A stretch of DNA of 64,000 nt from an uncultured Ruminiclostridium sp. GTDB lineage: Bacteria > Bacillota > Clostridia > Oscillospirales > Oscillospiraceae. The DNA lies in contig CAYQRI010000001.1 of the NCBI GenBank assembly GCA_964420085.1, positions 31,372 through 95,371 on the forward strand, read 5' to 3'. Position numbers and translations under genes: made by a program. The stretch's first letter is position 1. Each line of letters starts with the position of its first letter. Of this stretch, positions 18,660-28,986 are shown one piece after another. The notes under the pieces were generated by a model. That model worked only from the letters and a program-made list of their open reading frames with translations. It did not search any database and was not told where the DNA came from.

Positions 18660-18708
18660 AAAACTTTAATCTAGTTTTCATCGTAGCACGACAACTACAG
18701 AAAGTCAA
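18660..18708 (-). promoter_or_regulatory. sigmaA promoter with an adjacent palindrome (candidate operator)
   Basis: TTGACT-N17-TACGAT (18708-18680), then AAAACT-N7-AGTTTT (18660-18678) over the predicted start site. Confidence 0.55.
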
Positions 18709-18834
18709 GAGAAAGAACCTTCTTTTCCAATCTCCTCGACATCTTTCACCCCCCACCCGCCTGATAAAATGTGGCCCGTCACAAAAGCTTTCTTTTGCAA
18801 CGAGCCACATACTATAGATAAACGATAGGACTTC

Positions 18835-20811
18835 TTATTCCGGCAAAGCATTCTTTTTTGCAAAGAGCTTGCTCGACACGCAAATGCCAAAAACCAAAAT
18901 AATGCCGATGGCATCTGTAATGAGTCCGGATTCAATCAGGAACAAACCGCCCACAATGATGAGCGCTCTCTGCCAGACACGCAAATTGGAGAAGATATAC
19001 CCTCGCAGACCTGCCGATACGCCAAAAACACCAATAAAGGACGTGATTGCCACACGGACGGCATCATACCATGCACAGTCCACAAAAAGGAGCGCCGGGC
19101 TGAGTCCGAAACAATATGGCACGATAAAGGCGGCGATCGCCAAGCCGGTTGCCTGGAATGCCGTTTTCATCGGCCTAGACTTTGCAATGGCACTGCCTGC
19201 ATAAGCGGCAAGCGCAACAGGGGGTGTGATATCTGCCACAATACCGAAGTAGAACACAAACATATGGGCAGAAAGTGTTGCCATGCCCATCTTAATCAGA
19301 ATGGGAGCACAGGTGGTTGCCATAATGACATAGTTTGCCGTGGTGGGAACACCCATGCCAAGGATGATACAGGTGAACATCGTGAGCAGCATAGCAACAA
19401 AAATATGCCCACCGGAAATGCCAACAATCGCAGAAATCAGCTTCGCACCGATGCCAGTCGTGGTGATGACACAGGCAATGGTACCCGCCACTGCACAGGC
19501 GATGCCGACGGTCAGTGTGGAACGGGCACCATTTTCCAAAGCATCAAAAAACTTATGGATGTTAATTCTGGTGTCCTTGGAGAACATACTCACCACAATC
19601 GCAGCAGCCGTAGCCACAATCGCAGCCAAGCTCATGGTGGTTTTCATCATCATGAAGACCAGAATCACCAACGGCAGGAGCAAATATCCCTTGGTGAAAA
19701 TCAGCTTGCCGAATTTCGGCAGATTTTCTCTGGAGATACCCTTCAGGCCCATACGCTTTGCTTCCAAGTGGACGGCGATGAAAATACCGGCAAAATACAG
19801 CATTGCAGGCAGAATGGCACGAGCCGCAATATAGCCATAGCTGAGTCCCGTATATTCTACCATTAGGAAGGCCGCAGCACCCATAATCGGCGGCATAATT
19901 TGTCCGCCTGTTGAGGAGGCGGCTTCGACCGCTCCAGCAAATTCAGGGCGGTAGCCGTTCTTTTTCATCATCGGGATAGTCACGGAGCCAGTGGTTACCG
20001 TATTGCCGACAGATGAGCCGGACACCATGCCGCACAGAGCAGAGGAAATAACCGCTACCTTAGCAGGGCCACCGCTAGAGCTACCTGCAATGGAGTTTGC
20101 CAACTCAATAAAAAATTGCGATATGCCCGTTCGTTCCAAAAACGCACCGAAAATAACAAACAGCACGATGAAGGTGGAGCAGGCACGGATGGGGGTACCA
20201 ATCACACCCTCTGTTGTATAAAACAGGTTATAGATGTTAATGGCCAACGGCTTGGTCGTAAAGGCAATCATATAAATGATAAAGCCGGTGGAAACAATCA
20301 CAATTGGGATACCAACCGCTCTCCGACAAGCTTCTAAGGTGATAACCACACCAATAATACCAATCACCAAATCAAGGGGAGACAAACGGATGGTTTTTTG
20401 AATGATGCTTTCCAGGTTAAAGACGAAGTAAAAATAGCTTCCGCCTCCCAAAATTGCCAAAATGACATCATACCAAGGGATATAATTCTGACGCTTTCTT
20501 GCTCCCTTTTGTGCTGGGAATACGATAAAGGTCAAAAAGACCAGAATCCCAACAAAGGATGCTCTCTCAATTCTGGTTTCCCAGTTGAGACCGAAGTTGA
20601 GAAGCACGCTGTAGAGGGCAAAGGCTACCAGCATATAACGAACGGCAATCTTTGGCATTCCGTTCCAAACACGCACATTGGATTCTCGGTCAAACTTTTC
20701 CATCACGGCTTGTACATCTGCTTCAACCTGAGATTCCTCTGCCGATATGTTCGTATGCTCAAATTCTGTCTCGGGTGTTTCTTCTTTTAATTTCTTTCTA
20801 AACAACGGCAC
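18835..20811 (-). CDS. TRAP transporter fused 4TM/12TM permease (TAXI-type)
   Basis: Many TM helices; GGPAKVAV, SGSSVGNTVTTG, AVEAASSTGGQIMPPIMGAAAF, ILGMGVPTTANY, ADITPPVALAAY. Confidence 0.93.
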   Translation of the reverse strand: MPLFRKKLKEETPETEFEHTNISAEESQVEADVQAVMEKFDRESNVRVWNGMPKIAVRYMLVAFALYSVLLNFGLNWETRIERASFVGILVFLTFIVFPAQKGARKRQNYIPWYDVILAILGGGSYFYFVFNLESIIQKTIRLSPLDLVIGIIGVVITLEACRRAVGIPIVIVSTGFIIYMIAFTTKPLAINIYNLFYTTEGVIGTPIRACSTFIVLFVIFGAFLERTGISQFFIELANSIAGSSSGGPAKVAVISSALCGMVSGSSVGNTVTTGSVTIPMMKKNGYRPEFAGAVEAASSTGGQIMPPIMGAAAFLMVEYTGLSYGYIAARAILPAMLYFAGIFIAVHLEAKRMGLKGISRENLPKFGKLIFTKGYLLLPLVILVFMMMKTTMSLAAIVATAAAIVVSMFSKDTRINIHKFFDALENGARSTLTVGIACAVAGTIACVITTTGIGAKLISAIVGISGGHIFVAMLLTMFTCIILGMGVPTTANYVIMATTCAPILIKMGMATLSAHMFVFYFGIVADITPPVALAAYAGSAIAKSRPMKTAFQATGLAIAAFIVPYCFGLSPALLFVDCAWYDAVRVAITSFIGVFGVSAGLRGYIFSNLRVWQRALIIVGGLFLIESGLITDAIGIILVFGICVSSKLFAKKNALPE

Positions 20812-20921
20812 ATGATCTACCTCCTTTTTCTAAAGGCTGTCCTTCTCCATAAAGGATGCCCTTCTTTTCTCTTTTTCTCAAAAAATCGACCGTTTCGTCC
20901 CTGCATAGGCTGCAAAAACGA

Positions 20922-21413
20922 TCAGCCCATTTCGCAAGTAAAGGTCACTTTGCTGCTGCGACCGCAGAGCTGACGCAAACTGATGGTTTCCTCTCCCAGA
21001 TACAATGTGTGGTCAGAAATGGTACCCACTACAATCACCATCCCATTCATTTTTGCATGGATACCAGAGACAATCATTTCTCCGTTTTCTCCGTAGGAAA
21101 GGCTCTCCCCTTCTCCCAGAATTTCTTCCACACCTGCACCGAAGCCATAATAAATACACTGTGTATTCCAAATTTCCCCATCCTGAATTTCATAGACATC
21201 CCGCACCGGACTTTTGTTGACTGAATGGATAAATTCCACGGCAAAGGATGCGCCATTCTCGATGGGGTAGGATGCATAAACCTGACCACTTTCTTGATCC
21301 GAAAGGACAAGCTTCCTCTCCCCGGAGGCACGGCAGCCGGGAAGGAAAGCGGCCACTGTAATGAAAATCATTACGGTGGCCGCAACCGTAGCAAATCGAT
21401 GCAATTTTTTCAA
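20922..21413 (-). CDS. DUF1850 domain protein
   Basis: FAVEFIHSVNKSPVRDVY...GFGAG; typical position between the TAXI SBP and the permease; TTG start. Confidence 0.8.
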   Translation of the reverse strand: MKKLHRFATVAATVMIFITVAAFLPGCRASGERKLVLSDQESGQVYASYPIENGASFAVEFIHSVNKSPVRDVYEIQDGEIWNTQCIYYGFGAGVEEILGEGESLSYGENGEMIVSGIHAKMNGMVIVVGTISDHTLYLGEETISLRQLCGRSSKVTFTCEMG

Positions 21414-21414
21414 C

Positions 21415-22386
21415 TTAGTCCTTCATAGCACCGACTTCGGTGAAGTACTTCTGAGCACCGGGGTGGAAGGGGATGTCGATGCCGGAAACCGCAGTTTCAA
21501 GCTTCAGCTCAGCACCCTTTGCATGACCTGCGGTGATATCTGCCTGGTTATCAAAGATACCCTTAACCAAAGCATAGACTGCATCCTCGGAAAGGTCGTT
21601 ACGAGCGATGATGGTTGCCATAACAGCAACGGCGGGCACGTCTTCCTTGACGCAGCTATAGGTGTTTGCAGGGATGGTGCCATAGGTATAGAAGCCATAA
21701 TCCTTCATCAAAGCATCTGCGTGCTCCTTATCAATGGGCAACACGTTGAAGCTATAGGTGGAGGAGAGCTCGCTGACAGCGGTGGTAGGATAGCCTGCAA
21801 CCACAAAAGCGGCATCGATGGTGCCGTTCTTCAGGGAGTCGGCAGAGTCTGCGAAGCTCTGGTTGTTCTTGACAATGTCGGTCTCAATGTCAATTCCATA
21901 AGCGGCAAGAATCTGACGGGCATTGAACTCCACGCCAGAGCCTGCATCGCCCACGCTGACCTTTTTGCCCTTGAGCTGGTCAATAGAGGTAATACTGGAG
22001 TTTGCAATAATCTGAACGTATTCGGGGTAGCAGGACATCACAGCAGAATAGCTGGTGATGGGCTCCTTGCCATTATACATATCGGTTGCAGTGTGAGCAT
22101 AGTACATGACGTCGTTCTGAACGATAGCAAGCTGGTCAGCACCGGTATCGACCAAGTCGATGTTTGCGGCAGAAGCTCCTGTGGATTCTACGGTGATATT
22201 CAGGGTGTCGCCGAGCTTCTCGTTAAGCACGTTGCCAAGAACGCTGGAGAAGCCGTAGTAGGTGCCGGATGTGCCGCCGGTTGCCATGTTCATAGCGGTG
22301 CTGCCACCGTCGGCACCGCCGCCGCCGCAAGCGGTCAAGCCCAGGGCCATGATAGCAGTCAGAATCAGTGCAAGAGTCTTTTTCAT
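21415..22386 (-). CDS. TAXI family TRAP solute-binding lipoprotein
   Basis: Lipobox LTAC, ATGGTSGTYY, STGASAANI, VSVGDAGSGVEFNA, IPFHPGA. Confidence 0.93.
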   Translation of the reverse strand: MKKTLALILTAIMALGLTACGGGGADGGSTAMNMATGGTSGTYYGFSSVLGNVLNEKLGDTLNITVESTGASAANIDLVDTGADQLAIVQNDVMYYAHTATDMYNGKEPITSYSAVMSCYPEYVQIIANSSITSIDQLKGKKVSVGDAGSGVEFNARQILAAYGIDIETDIVKNNQSFADSADSLKNGTIDAAFVVAGYPTTAVSELSSTYSFNVLPIDKEHADALMKDYGFYTYGTIPANTYSCVKEDVPAVAVMATIIARNDLSEDAVYALVKGIFDNQADITAGHAKGAELKLETAVSGIDIPFHPGAQKYFTEVGAMKD

Positions 22387-22453
22387 CTGGATAATCCTCC
22401 TCAGTTTGTTTATGTTGCCGAATAGAAATCCATCTTTCGGTACTTCGTTCTAT

Positions 22454-22482
22454 AGTATACAGAATTTTTGCCAAAAATGCAA
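22454..22482 (-). promoter_or_regulatory. sigmaA promoter of the TAXI-TRAP operon
   Basis: TTGCAT-N17-TATACT. Confidence 0.65.
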
Positions 22483-22639
22483 GATATATTTCGATCTTCC
22501 CGTCTAAACTCCATGAAAAACCTTCCTTATTCCCTACCTCGGATTTTGTCTAAGTCATACATTTCATTGTGTATGGGTACAAAAAAGAGAACCCAAACTC
22601 CATACTGCGACAGAATTTGGGTTCTCTTGATGTGTATAA

Positions 22640-24058
22640 TTAGTCTTTGCGCTTTCCAAGCTTATCCTGGTTAGCGAAGTGCTCCTTGGTGCACTTCACG
22701 ACCACGCCGGACAAAGCAACAACAGCAATCAAGTTGGGAATTGCCATCAGACCATTGAGGGTATCAGCGATAGCCCAAGCCAGATCTAGCTTCATCGTAG
22801 CACCAACAACGATGACCAGAACGAAGATAATCTGATAAGGTCTGATCGACTTAGGACCAAACAGGAACTCGCAGCAACGGGTGCCGTACAAAGCCCAGCC
22901 CAAAACGGTGGAGAATGCAAACAGTGCAATACCGATTGCAATGAGCAGAGAGCCGGCTTGGCTGCCAAAAACGGTACCCAAAGCGGCGGCATTCAAAGAA
23001 GTGTCGCCCTGCACGCCATAGTTCAAATCCAGACCTCCGCCCTTAGCGGCACAGAGGATGGTCAAACCAGAGAGTGTGCAGATGACGATGGTATCGACAA
23101 AGACTTCAAAGATACCATAGAGACCCTGCTTGACAGGATCGGTTTCAGAGGTGGTTGCGTGTGCCATAGGTGCGGAGCCCAAGCCGGCTTCGTTGGAGAA
23201 CACGCCACGCTTCACGCCCCAGCTGATAACCATGATAACGGAACCGACTACGCCGCCGGTCACGCCTGCGGGAGAAAATGCACCGACAAAGATATCCTTA
23301 AAGACAGCAGGCAGGGTGCCAGCATAGCAACCGATGACAACCAAGCAAGCCAAGATATAGATGACTGCCATAACGGGAACCAGCTTCTCTGTGACGGCGC
23401 CCAAACGCTTGATGCCGCCGAAAAGAACGATGGCAACCAGAATTGCCAAAACGATACCCAGCACCAGATTTACTGTGCCTTGACCGGTAAAGTCGGGATT
23501 AAAGGACAGCACTGCGGTATTGATGGAGCTGACGATGGTGCCAACCTGAACGGCGTTGCCGATACCGAAGGCTGCCAGAGCGGCAAAAATACTGAACAGG
23601 ACACCGAGCCACTTCCAGTTCTTGCCCAAACCATTCTTGATGTAATACATAGGACCGCCGACCCAGTCGCCGTACTCATTTCGCTCACGGAACTTAACGG
23701 CGAGCAGAACTTCGGAATACTTGGTACACATACCGATGAGGGCTGTGATCCAGAGCCAGAAGATGGAGCCTGCACCACCGAGGGTAATGGCGGTGGTAAT
23801 ACCGGCGATATTGCCGGTGCCAACTGTACCGGCCAAAGCCGTGGACATTGCTTGGAAGGGTGTCATTTCGCCCTTGCCGGCCTCGCTCTTTTTGAAGATT
23901 TTACCGATGGTGTTCTTCATAGCGTAGCCGAACTTCCGGAACTGGACGCCTCTGGTCATCACGGTGAGCAAAATACCTGCACCGACCAAAAGGACGAGCA
24001 TAGGAATGCCCCACACGACACCATTGATGGCATCGTTGATGCTTTCAATTAGTTTCAC
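22640..24058 (-). CDS. Alanine/glycine:cation symporter (AGCS, AlsT/AgcS-like)
   Basis: ALAGTVGTGNIAG, GDWVGGPMYYI, RGVFSNEAGLGSAPMAHA, FVDTIVICT, LMAIPNLIA; GTG start. Confidence 0.95.
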   Translation of the reverse strand: MKLIESINDAINGVVWGIPMLVLLVGAGILLTVMTRGVQFRKFGYAMKNTIGKIFKKSEAGKGEMTPFQAMSTALAGTVGTGNIAGITTAITLGGAGSIFWLWITALIGMCTKYSEVLLAVKFRERNEYGDWVGGPMYYIKNGLGKNWKWLGVLFSIFAALAAFGIGNAVQVGTIVSSINTAVLSFNPDFTGQGTVNLVLGIVLAILVAIVLFGGIKRLGAVTEKLVPVMAVIYILACLVVIGCYAGTLPAVFKDIFVGAFSPAGVTGGVVGSVIMVISWGVKRGVFSNEAGLGSAPMAHATTSETDPVKQGLYGIFEVFVDTIVICTLSGLTILCAAKGGGLDLNYGVQGDTSLNAAALGTVFGSQAGSLLIAIGIALFAFSTVLGWALYGTRCCEFLFGPKSIRPYQIIFVLVIVVGATMKLDLAWAIADTLNGLMAIPNLIAVVALSGVVVKCTKEHFANQDKLGKRKD

Positions 24059-24129
24059 GCAAATCTCTCCTTTTTTCTCAAAATCTCTTTCTCAGGCTTT
24101 GAAGCAAATACCAAAAGACACTTTTTACC

Positions 24130-24179
24130 AACCTCAAAAACGGAGTGCCGCAGGACTGCGGCACTCCGTTTTTGAGGTT
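24130..24179 (-). terminator. Leader terminator/attenuator upstream of the AGCS gene
   Basis: Perfect 24-bp inverted repeat AACCTCAAAAACGGAGTGCCGCAG with a 2-nt loop. Confidence 0.75.
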
Positions 24180-24215
24180 AGGATTCATCCGTTCGGAGAT
24201 GGAATATAGCGAATC

Positions 24216-24335
24216 CCATCCGTTTTACTTCCCTCAGTGCAGAGCAAACGCAATATATCCTGCCCCTTCGGCACCTGCTTGCGCAGGCTCCCCGGAGGCT
24301 TGCAGATCTACAAACATTTTTCTACTTCCTCTCCA
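24216..24335 (-). ncRNA. Glycine-riboswitch-like leader RNA (variant)
   Basis: Minus strand CCUCCGGGGAGCC-UGC-GCAA-GCA-GGUGCCGAAGGGGCA resembles the glycine aptamer GGAGAG...CCGAAGGAGCA. The 3' core reads CUCUGCACUGAGG rather than CUCUCAGG. TATAAT lies at 24345-24340, the AGCS gene downstream. Confidence 0.6.
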
Positions 24336-24655
24336 TTCCATTATAGTATTTCGGGGAGAAAACGTGATAAAATGCCACAGATCGCATCTGGCAGTATTTA
24401 CCTTACTGCTTTTTATTTTAATCTGCATTCTCCAAAAAAGCAAGCGATAAACACTATCTTTTAAATATTTTGTTACCAAATCATAAACTTTATAGGCTTT
24501 CCCAAAAAATCCTTGCATAATATCAACATTCTTACCACATTTGTCTGACTGTATCCAAGCAAACACACATACGCCACCAAGCAGTCGGTAAAATGGTTGC
24601 TTTTCCTATCACTTAAATTAGAGATATTTTGAACTGTAGGCAGCAAAAATTAAAA

Positions 24656-24696
24656 CAGCGGGAGCTGTGGCGAAAGGATCATCACAGTTCCCGCTG
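24656..24696 (-). terminator. Hairpin after the ATPase operon
   Basis: CAGCGGGAGCTGTG...CACAGTTCCCGCTG. Confidence 0.6.
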
Positions 24697-24718
24697 AATA
24701 TTGAATATAACCCTTACT

Positions 24719-25414
24719 TTACGCCGGAGAGGTTTCAAAGGTGGCAAGGCGTGCGGCGTCTTCTGCCCGACGCTCCTCCAGTGCCTTCGCAAGCACCATC
24801 TCCTTCACCTTCATCAGACGGATGGTACTGCTGCGTTCGTTCTCGTCCAACCGCATGGTAATATATTTGATGCTTTCCTGCATTTGCGGAATCTTCACAT
24901 ATTCCAAGGCATTCACACGACGTCTGGTTTTTTCGATTTCCTCTGCCAAAAGCTGTGCCGTTTTTTCGATTTGTGCGAGCTTCAGCATATCCTGAAAGAC
25001 GCCCGAGAACGCTTCCACCGCCTGATCCAGCTCACACGAGGTAGAAGCAAAGCCGTAAGGATATGCACCCGTTTCGTTCCCCTTCTGTTCAAAGCTATAA
25101 ATAGGAACATCCACGCTCATGATATTGCGGAAGGACAGCTCCAACTCTACGCTCTGCCCCGGGCAGAGCAGCGCCAGCTCCAAAGGCTCGGTCGACATCA
25201 GTGCGGAGGCCGTCAAAAAGGCAGCGTGTGCCTGCTTGAGACCTTCCTCCACACGGGTACGGATGGCACGGTTCTCCCGCACCGTTTCCAAAAACTGCTT
25301 CATCAGCTCATCTCGTTTGTCTTTCAAGAGCTTATGCCCCTGCACCGCTGTCTTCAGACGCTTTTTCAGGCGGGTAAGCTCCATTCTGGTGGCGTTTCCA
25401 ACCATAGCACCCAT
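24719..25414 (-). CDS. ntpD: V/A-type ATPase subunit D
   Basis: NATRMELTRLKKRL...GHKLLKDKRDEL, IEKTRRRVNALEY. Confidence 0.95.
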   Translation of the reverse strand: MGAMVGNATRMELTRLKKRLKTAVQGHKLLKDKRDELMKQFLETVRENRAIRTRVEEGLKQAHAAFLTASALMSTEPLELALLCPGQSVELELSFRNIMSVDVPIYSFEQKGNETGAYPYGFASTSCELDQAVEAFSGVFQDMLKLAQIEKTAQLLAEEIEKTRRRVNALEYVKIPQMQESIKYITMRLDENERSSTIRLMKVKEMVLAKALEERRAEDAARLATFETSPA

Positions 25415-25426
25415 GTGCTCGCCCCC

Positions 25427-26809
25427 TTATTCCTGTTTTTCGGGAAGATATTTCTCAATATGTTCCTCTTTGATTCGTTTCAGCTCTGTAACGGGAAGAA
25501 TCGACAGCAGTTCCCAGCCAATTTGCAGTGTTTCCTCAATGGAACGGTTGCCGTCAAAGCCCTGACCGACGTACTTCTTTTCAAATTCATCGGCAAATTT
25601 TGCATAGAGCAGGTCGGTGGGTGACAGCGCTGATTCACCCAGAATACTCATCAGCTCCTTGGCTTCCTTACCCGTTGCATAGGCAGCAAAGAGCTGGTTC
25701 ATCGTGCCGGAATGATCCTCTCTCGTTTTTCCTTCACCGATGCCCTTATCCTTCAAACGGGACAAAGACGGCATGACATCAACAGGAGGATTGATACCCT
25801 TTCGATACAGCTCACGAGACAGAATAATCTGTCCCTCTGTAATATAGCCGGTCAGGTCGGGGATCGGGTGGGTTTTATCGTCTTCAGGCATCGTCAGAAT
25901 GGGAATCATCGTGATGGAGCCTTCCTCGCCCAAACGGCGTCCGGCTCTTTCGTACATCGTTGCCAAGTCAGTGTAAAGATAGCCGGGATAGCCACGGCGA
26001 CCAGGCACCTCTTTTTTGGCAGCAGAAACCTCTCGCAGGGCCTCGGCATAGTTTGTGATATCGGTCATGATAACCAAAACGTGCATCCCCTGATTGAAGG
26101 CGAGATACTCCGCAGCTGTCAGTGCCATACGGGGGGTTGAAATACGCTCAACGGCGGGGTCGTTTGCCAGATTGGTGAACAGAACAGTTCTCTCGATGGC
26201 ACCGGTACGACGGAAGTCCTCCACAAAGAAGGTGGCTTCCTCAAAGGTAATGCCAATCGCCGCAAAGACCACCGCAAACTTAGAGCTGCCGCCACGAACC
26301 TTTGCCTGCCGTGCAATTTGCGCTGCCAATTCAGCGTGAGGCAGACCAGAGCCGGAGAAAATGGGAAGCTTCTGACCACGAACCAGCGTGTTCAGTCCAT
26401 CAATGGAGGAAACGCCCGTCTGGATAAATTCATTCGGATAATCACGAGCCGTTGGGTTCATCGCCAAGCCGTTGATATCCCGATATTCTTCTGCAATGAT
26501 GGCAGGCCCGCCGTCAATCGGCTCACCCATGCCGTTAAAGACACGGCCCAGCATATCGCCGGATACACCCAGCTGAAGGGGATGCCGTAGGAACCGCACG
26601 GTAGACTGTGCCAAATTGATGCCGGCGGAGCTTTCAAAAAGCTGGACAACCGCCTTGTCCCCGTTGACCTCCAGAACCTTACCACGTCGAAGCCCGCCAT
26701 CGGGTAGCTTGATTTCGACCAGCTCATCATAGGTCACGCCCTGCACACGGTCTACAATCATCAGTGGACCCGTGATTTCTCCTATGGTACGATATTCCTT
26801 TAACATCAT
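25427..26809 (-). CDS. ntpB: V/A-type ATPase subunit B
   Basis: [55 protein letters not shown]. Confidence 0.97.
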   Translation of the reverse strand: MMLKEYRTIGEITGPLMIVDRVQGVTYDELVEIKLPDGGLRRGKVLEVNGDKAVVQLFESSAGINLAQSTVRFLRHPLQLGVSGDMLGRVFNGMGEPIDGGPAIIAEEYRDINGLAMNPTARDYPNEFIQTGVSSIDGLNTLVRGQKLPIFSGSGLPHAELAAQIARQAKVRGGSSKFAVVFAAIGITFEEATFFVEDFRRTGAIERTVLFTNLANDPAVERISTPRMALTAAEYLAFNQGMHVLVIMTDITNYAEALREVSAAKKEVPGRRGYPGYLYTDLATMYERAGRRLGEEGSITMIPILTMPEDDKTHPIPDLTGYITEGQIILSRELYRKGINPPVDVMPSLSRLKDKGIGEGKTREDHSGTMNQLFAAYATGKEAKELMSILGESALSPTDLLYAKFADEFEKKYVGQGFDGNRSIEETLQIGWELLSILPVTELKRIKEEHIEKYLPEKQE

Positions 26810-28572
26810 GCCTCTCCCCCCTTCTCTACCGCTTCCATCATCTGTTCTTTTACCTGTACAGCGATTTCGTCATAGACCGTTTGGTATTTGTCCGCAGCCA
26901 CACTCTTGGCTCTGCCAATGGCTGCACGGGCGGTAATCCCAAAGATATCCTGCGGCACAGCGCCTCGTTTCAGTGCCTCTCTGCCCAGGGTATCATAGTC
27001 CAAAATCATCTGCAACAGACGGCTCTGACGATCATATTCGGAGAAGCAGTCCACCTCTGCAAAGGAGTTCTGCTGCAAAAAGTCCTCTCGAATCATCTTG
27101 GCTGTCTCCAAGGTCATCTGGTCGTTGGGAGAAAGTGCGTCACGTCCGACCAGCTGAACCACTTCGTTCAAGCTGTCCTCCTCTTGCAGAATGCTCATGG
27201 CTCTGTCTCTGTTCTCACGGAACTGAGGACCAAGATTTTCATCGAACCACGGCTTCAAGGCATTCAGATACAGAGAGTAGGAATTCAGCCAGTTGATAGC
27301 CGGAAAGTGGCGGCGGTAGGCCAAGCTGGAATCCAACGCCCAGAACACCTTCACGATACGCATCGTGCTCTGCGAAACCGGCTCAGACAAGTCACCGCCG
27401 GGGGGCGAGACGGCACCAACGGCGGTCAAACTGCCGTCCCGTTCGTCCTGACCCAAGCAGGACACACAGCCGGCACGCTCATAGAACTGTGCCAAGCGGG
27501 AGGCCAGATACGCAGGGTAGCCTTCCTCACCGGGCATTTCCTCCAAACGGGCGGACATTTCACGCAGAGCCTCTGCCCAACGGGAGGTTGAGTCTGCGAT
27601 AACCGCTGCATTGTAGCCCATATCACGATAATATTCTGCGATGGTGATACCTGTATAAACCGAAGCCTCTCGTGCTGCCACGGGCATATCGGAGGTATTG
27701 GCAATCAGCACGGTACGCTTCATGATGGTTTCACCTGTACGGGGGTCAATCAGCTCGGGGAATTCTCGCAGAACGTCTGTCATCTCGTTGCCACGTTCGC
27801 CGCAGCCGATGTAAATCACAACATCAACATCGGAAAATTTAGCGATGGCGTGCTGCATCACCGTTTTGCCCGAACCGAACGGTCCGGGAATGGCAGCGGT
27901 TCCGCCCTTTGCCACAGGGAAAATGGTATCGACAATTCGCTGTCCTGTGGCAAGCGGCTGCTTCGGCGGATACTTTCCCTTATAGGGACGACCCACACGA
28001 ACCGGCCACCTTTGCATCATGGTCAGTTCCTTCTTTTCCCCGTTCTCCTGCTTTAAGACAGCAACAACATCGGTCACACGGAATGTACCGCTGGAGATGC
28101 TTTCCAAGGTTCCTTTCATATAAGGCGGAACCATAACCTTGTGCAGCATCGACGGCGTCTCCTGCACGGTGCCCAATATATCGCCGCCAACGAGCTGATC
28201 TCCTTTTTTTGCAACAGCTGTAAAGTCCCACCGCTTGTCACGGTCTAACGCAGCAGCCTCCGTGCCTCTTGCAATGGTAGAGCCACACAGCTCCATGATT
28301 TTGGTCAAGGGACGCTGAATCCCATCGTAGATACTTTCCATAAGACCCGGACCAAGCTCCACGGACATGGGGTATCCTGTTGTTTCGACCTCGGCACCGG
28401 GTCCCAGTCCTGAGGTTTCCTCATAGACCTGAATGGAGGCGGTGTCGCCCTTCATATTCAAAATTTCTCCGATGAGCCGCTGCTCGCCCACACGCACCAC
28501 GTCAGCCATGTTGGCATCTGTCATGCCGGTGGCAACCACCAACGGCCCGGAGACCTTTACAATTTTACCCAT
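26806..28572 (-). CDS. ntpA: V/A-type ATPase catalytic subunit A
   Basis: P-loop [41 protein letters not shown]. Confidence 0.97.
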   Translation of the reverse strand: MGKIVKVSGPLVVATGMTDANMADVVRVGEQRLIGEILNMKGDTASIQVYEETSGLGPGAEVETTGYPMSVELGPGLMESIYDGIQRPLTKIMELCGSTIARGTEAAALDRDKRWDFTAVAKKGDQLVGGDILGTVQETPSMLHKVMVPPYMKGTLESISSGTFRVTDVVAVLKQENGEKKELTMMQRWPVRVGRPYKGKYPPKQPLATGQRIVDTIFPVAKGGTAAIPGPFGSGKTVMQHAIAKFSDVDVVIYIGCGERGNEMTDVLREFPELIDPRTGETIMKRTVLIANTSDMPVAAREASVYTGITIAEYYRDMGYNAAVIADSTSRWAEALREMSARLEEMPGEEGYPAYLASRLAQFYERAGCVSCLGQDERDGSLTAVGAVSPPGGDLSEPVSQSTMRIVKVFWALDSSLAYRRHFPAINWLNSYSLYLNALKPWFDENLGPQFRENRDRAMSILQEEDSLNEVVQLVGRDALSPNDQMTLETAKMIREDFLQQNSFAEVDCFSEYDRQSRLLQMILDYDTLGREALKRGAVPQDIFGITARAAIGRAKSVAADKYQTVYDEIAVQVKEQMMEAVEKGGEA

Positions 28573-28677
28573 AATGCTCCCCTTCTTTATTGCAAATCAG
28601 AGCAAACCGATATAGGAACTCGCCTAGGGCGCTTTTTCTAAAAGCACCCTCTCTTGGTCATTTTGCTCTTTTGTCTT

Positions 28678-28986
28678 TTACAAAATATCCGCACCAACGG
28701 CACGCTCCACCGATTTTGTCACATTCTTCATGCCGATGCCCAACGAACCATTCTTGCCCGGAATCAGAATCACCGCTGGTATGAGGGTATCTCGATACCG
28801 TGCCAAATCCTCCTCCAGCTCTGCTGCATATTGCTCGGTCAGATAGATAATCGCATACTCCTCTTTCGCCAGACGGTGCAATTCATGCTTTGCCTGCTCC
28901 ACAGACTCCGCTGGAACCGCCTCCAGCCCCAAGGTGCGAAAGCCCAAGACGCTGTCTCTATCGCCTAATACTGCAATTTTATACAT
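28678..28986 (-). CDS. ntpG: V/A-type ATPase subunit F
   Basis: MYKIAVLGDRDSVLGF...VERAVGADIL. Confidence 0.92.
   Translation of the reverse strand: MYKIAVLGDRDSVLGFRTLGLEAVPAESVEQAKHELHRLAKEEYAIIYLTEQYAAELEEDLARYRDTLIPAVILIPGKNGSLGIGMKNVTKSVERAVGADIL

Noticed and set aside
24081-24096. AAATCTCTTTCTCAGG resembling the glycine aptamer 3' strand
   Set aside because: On the strand opposite to the AGCS transcript and lacking the 5' half.
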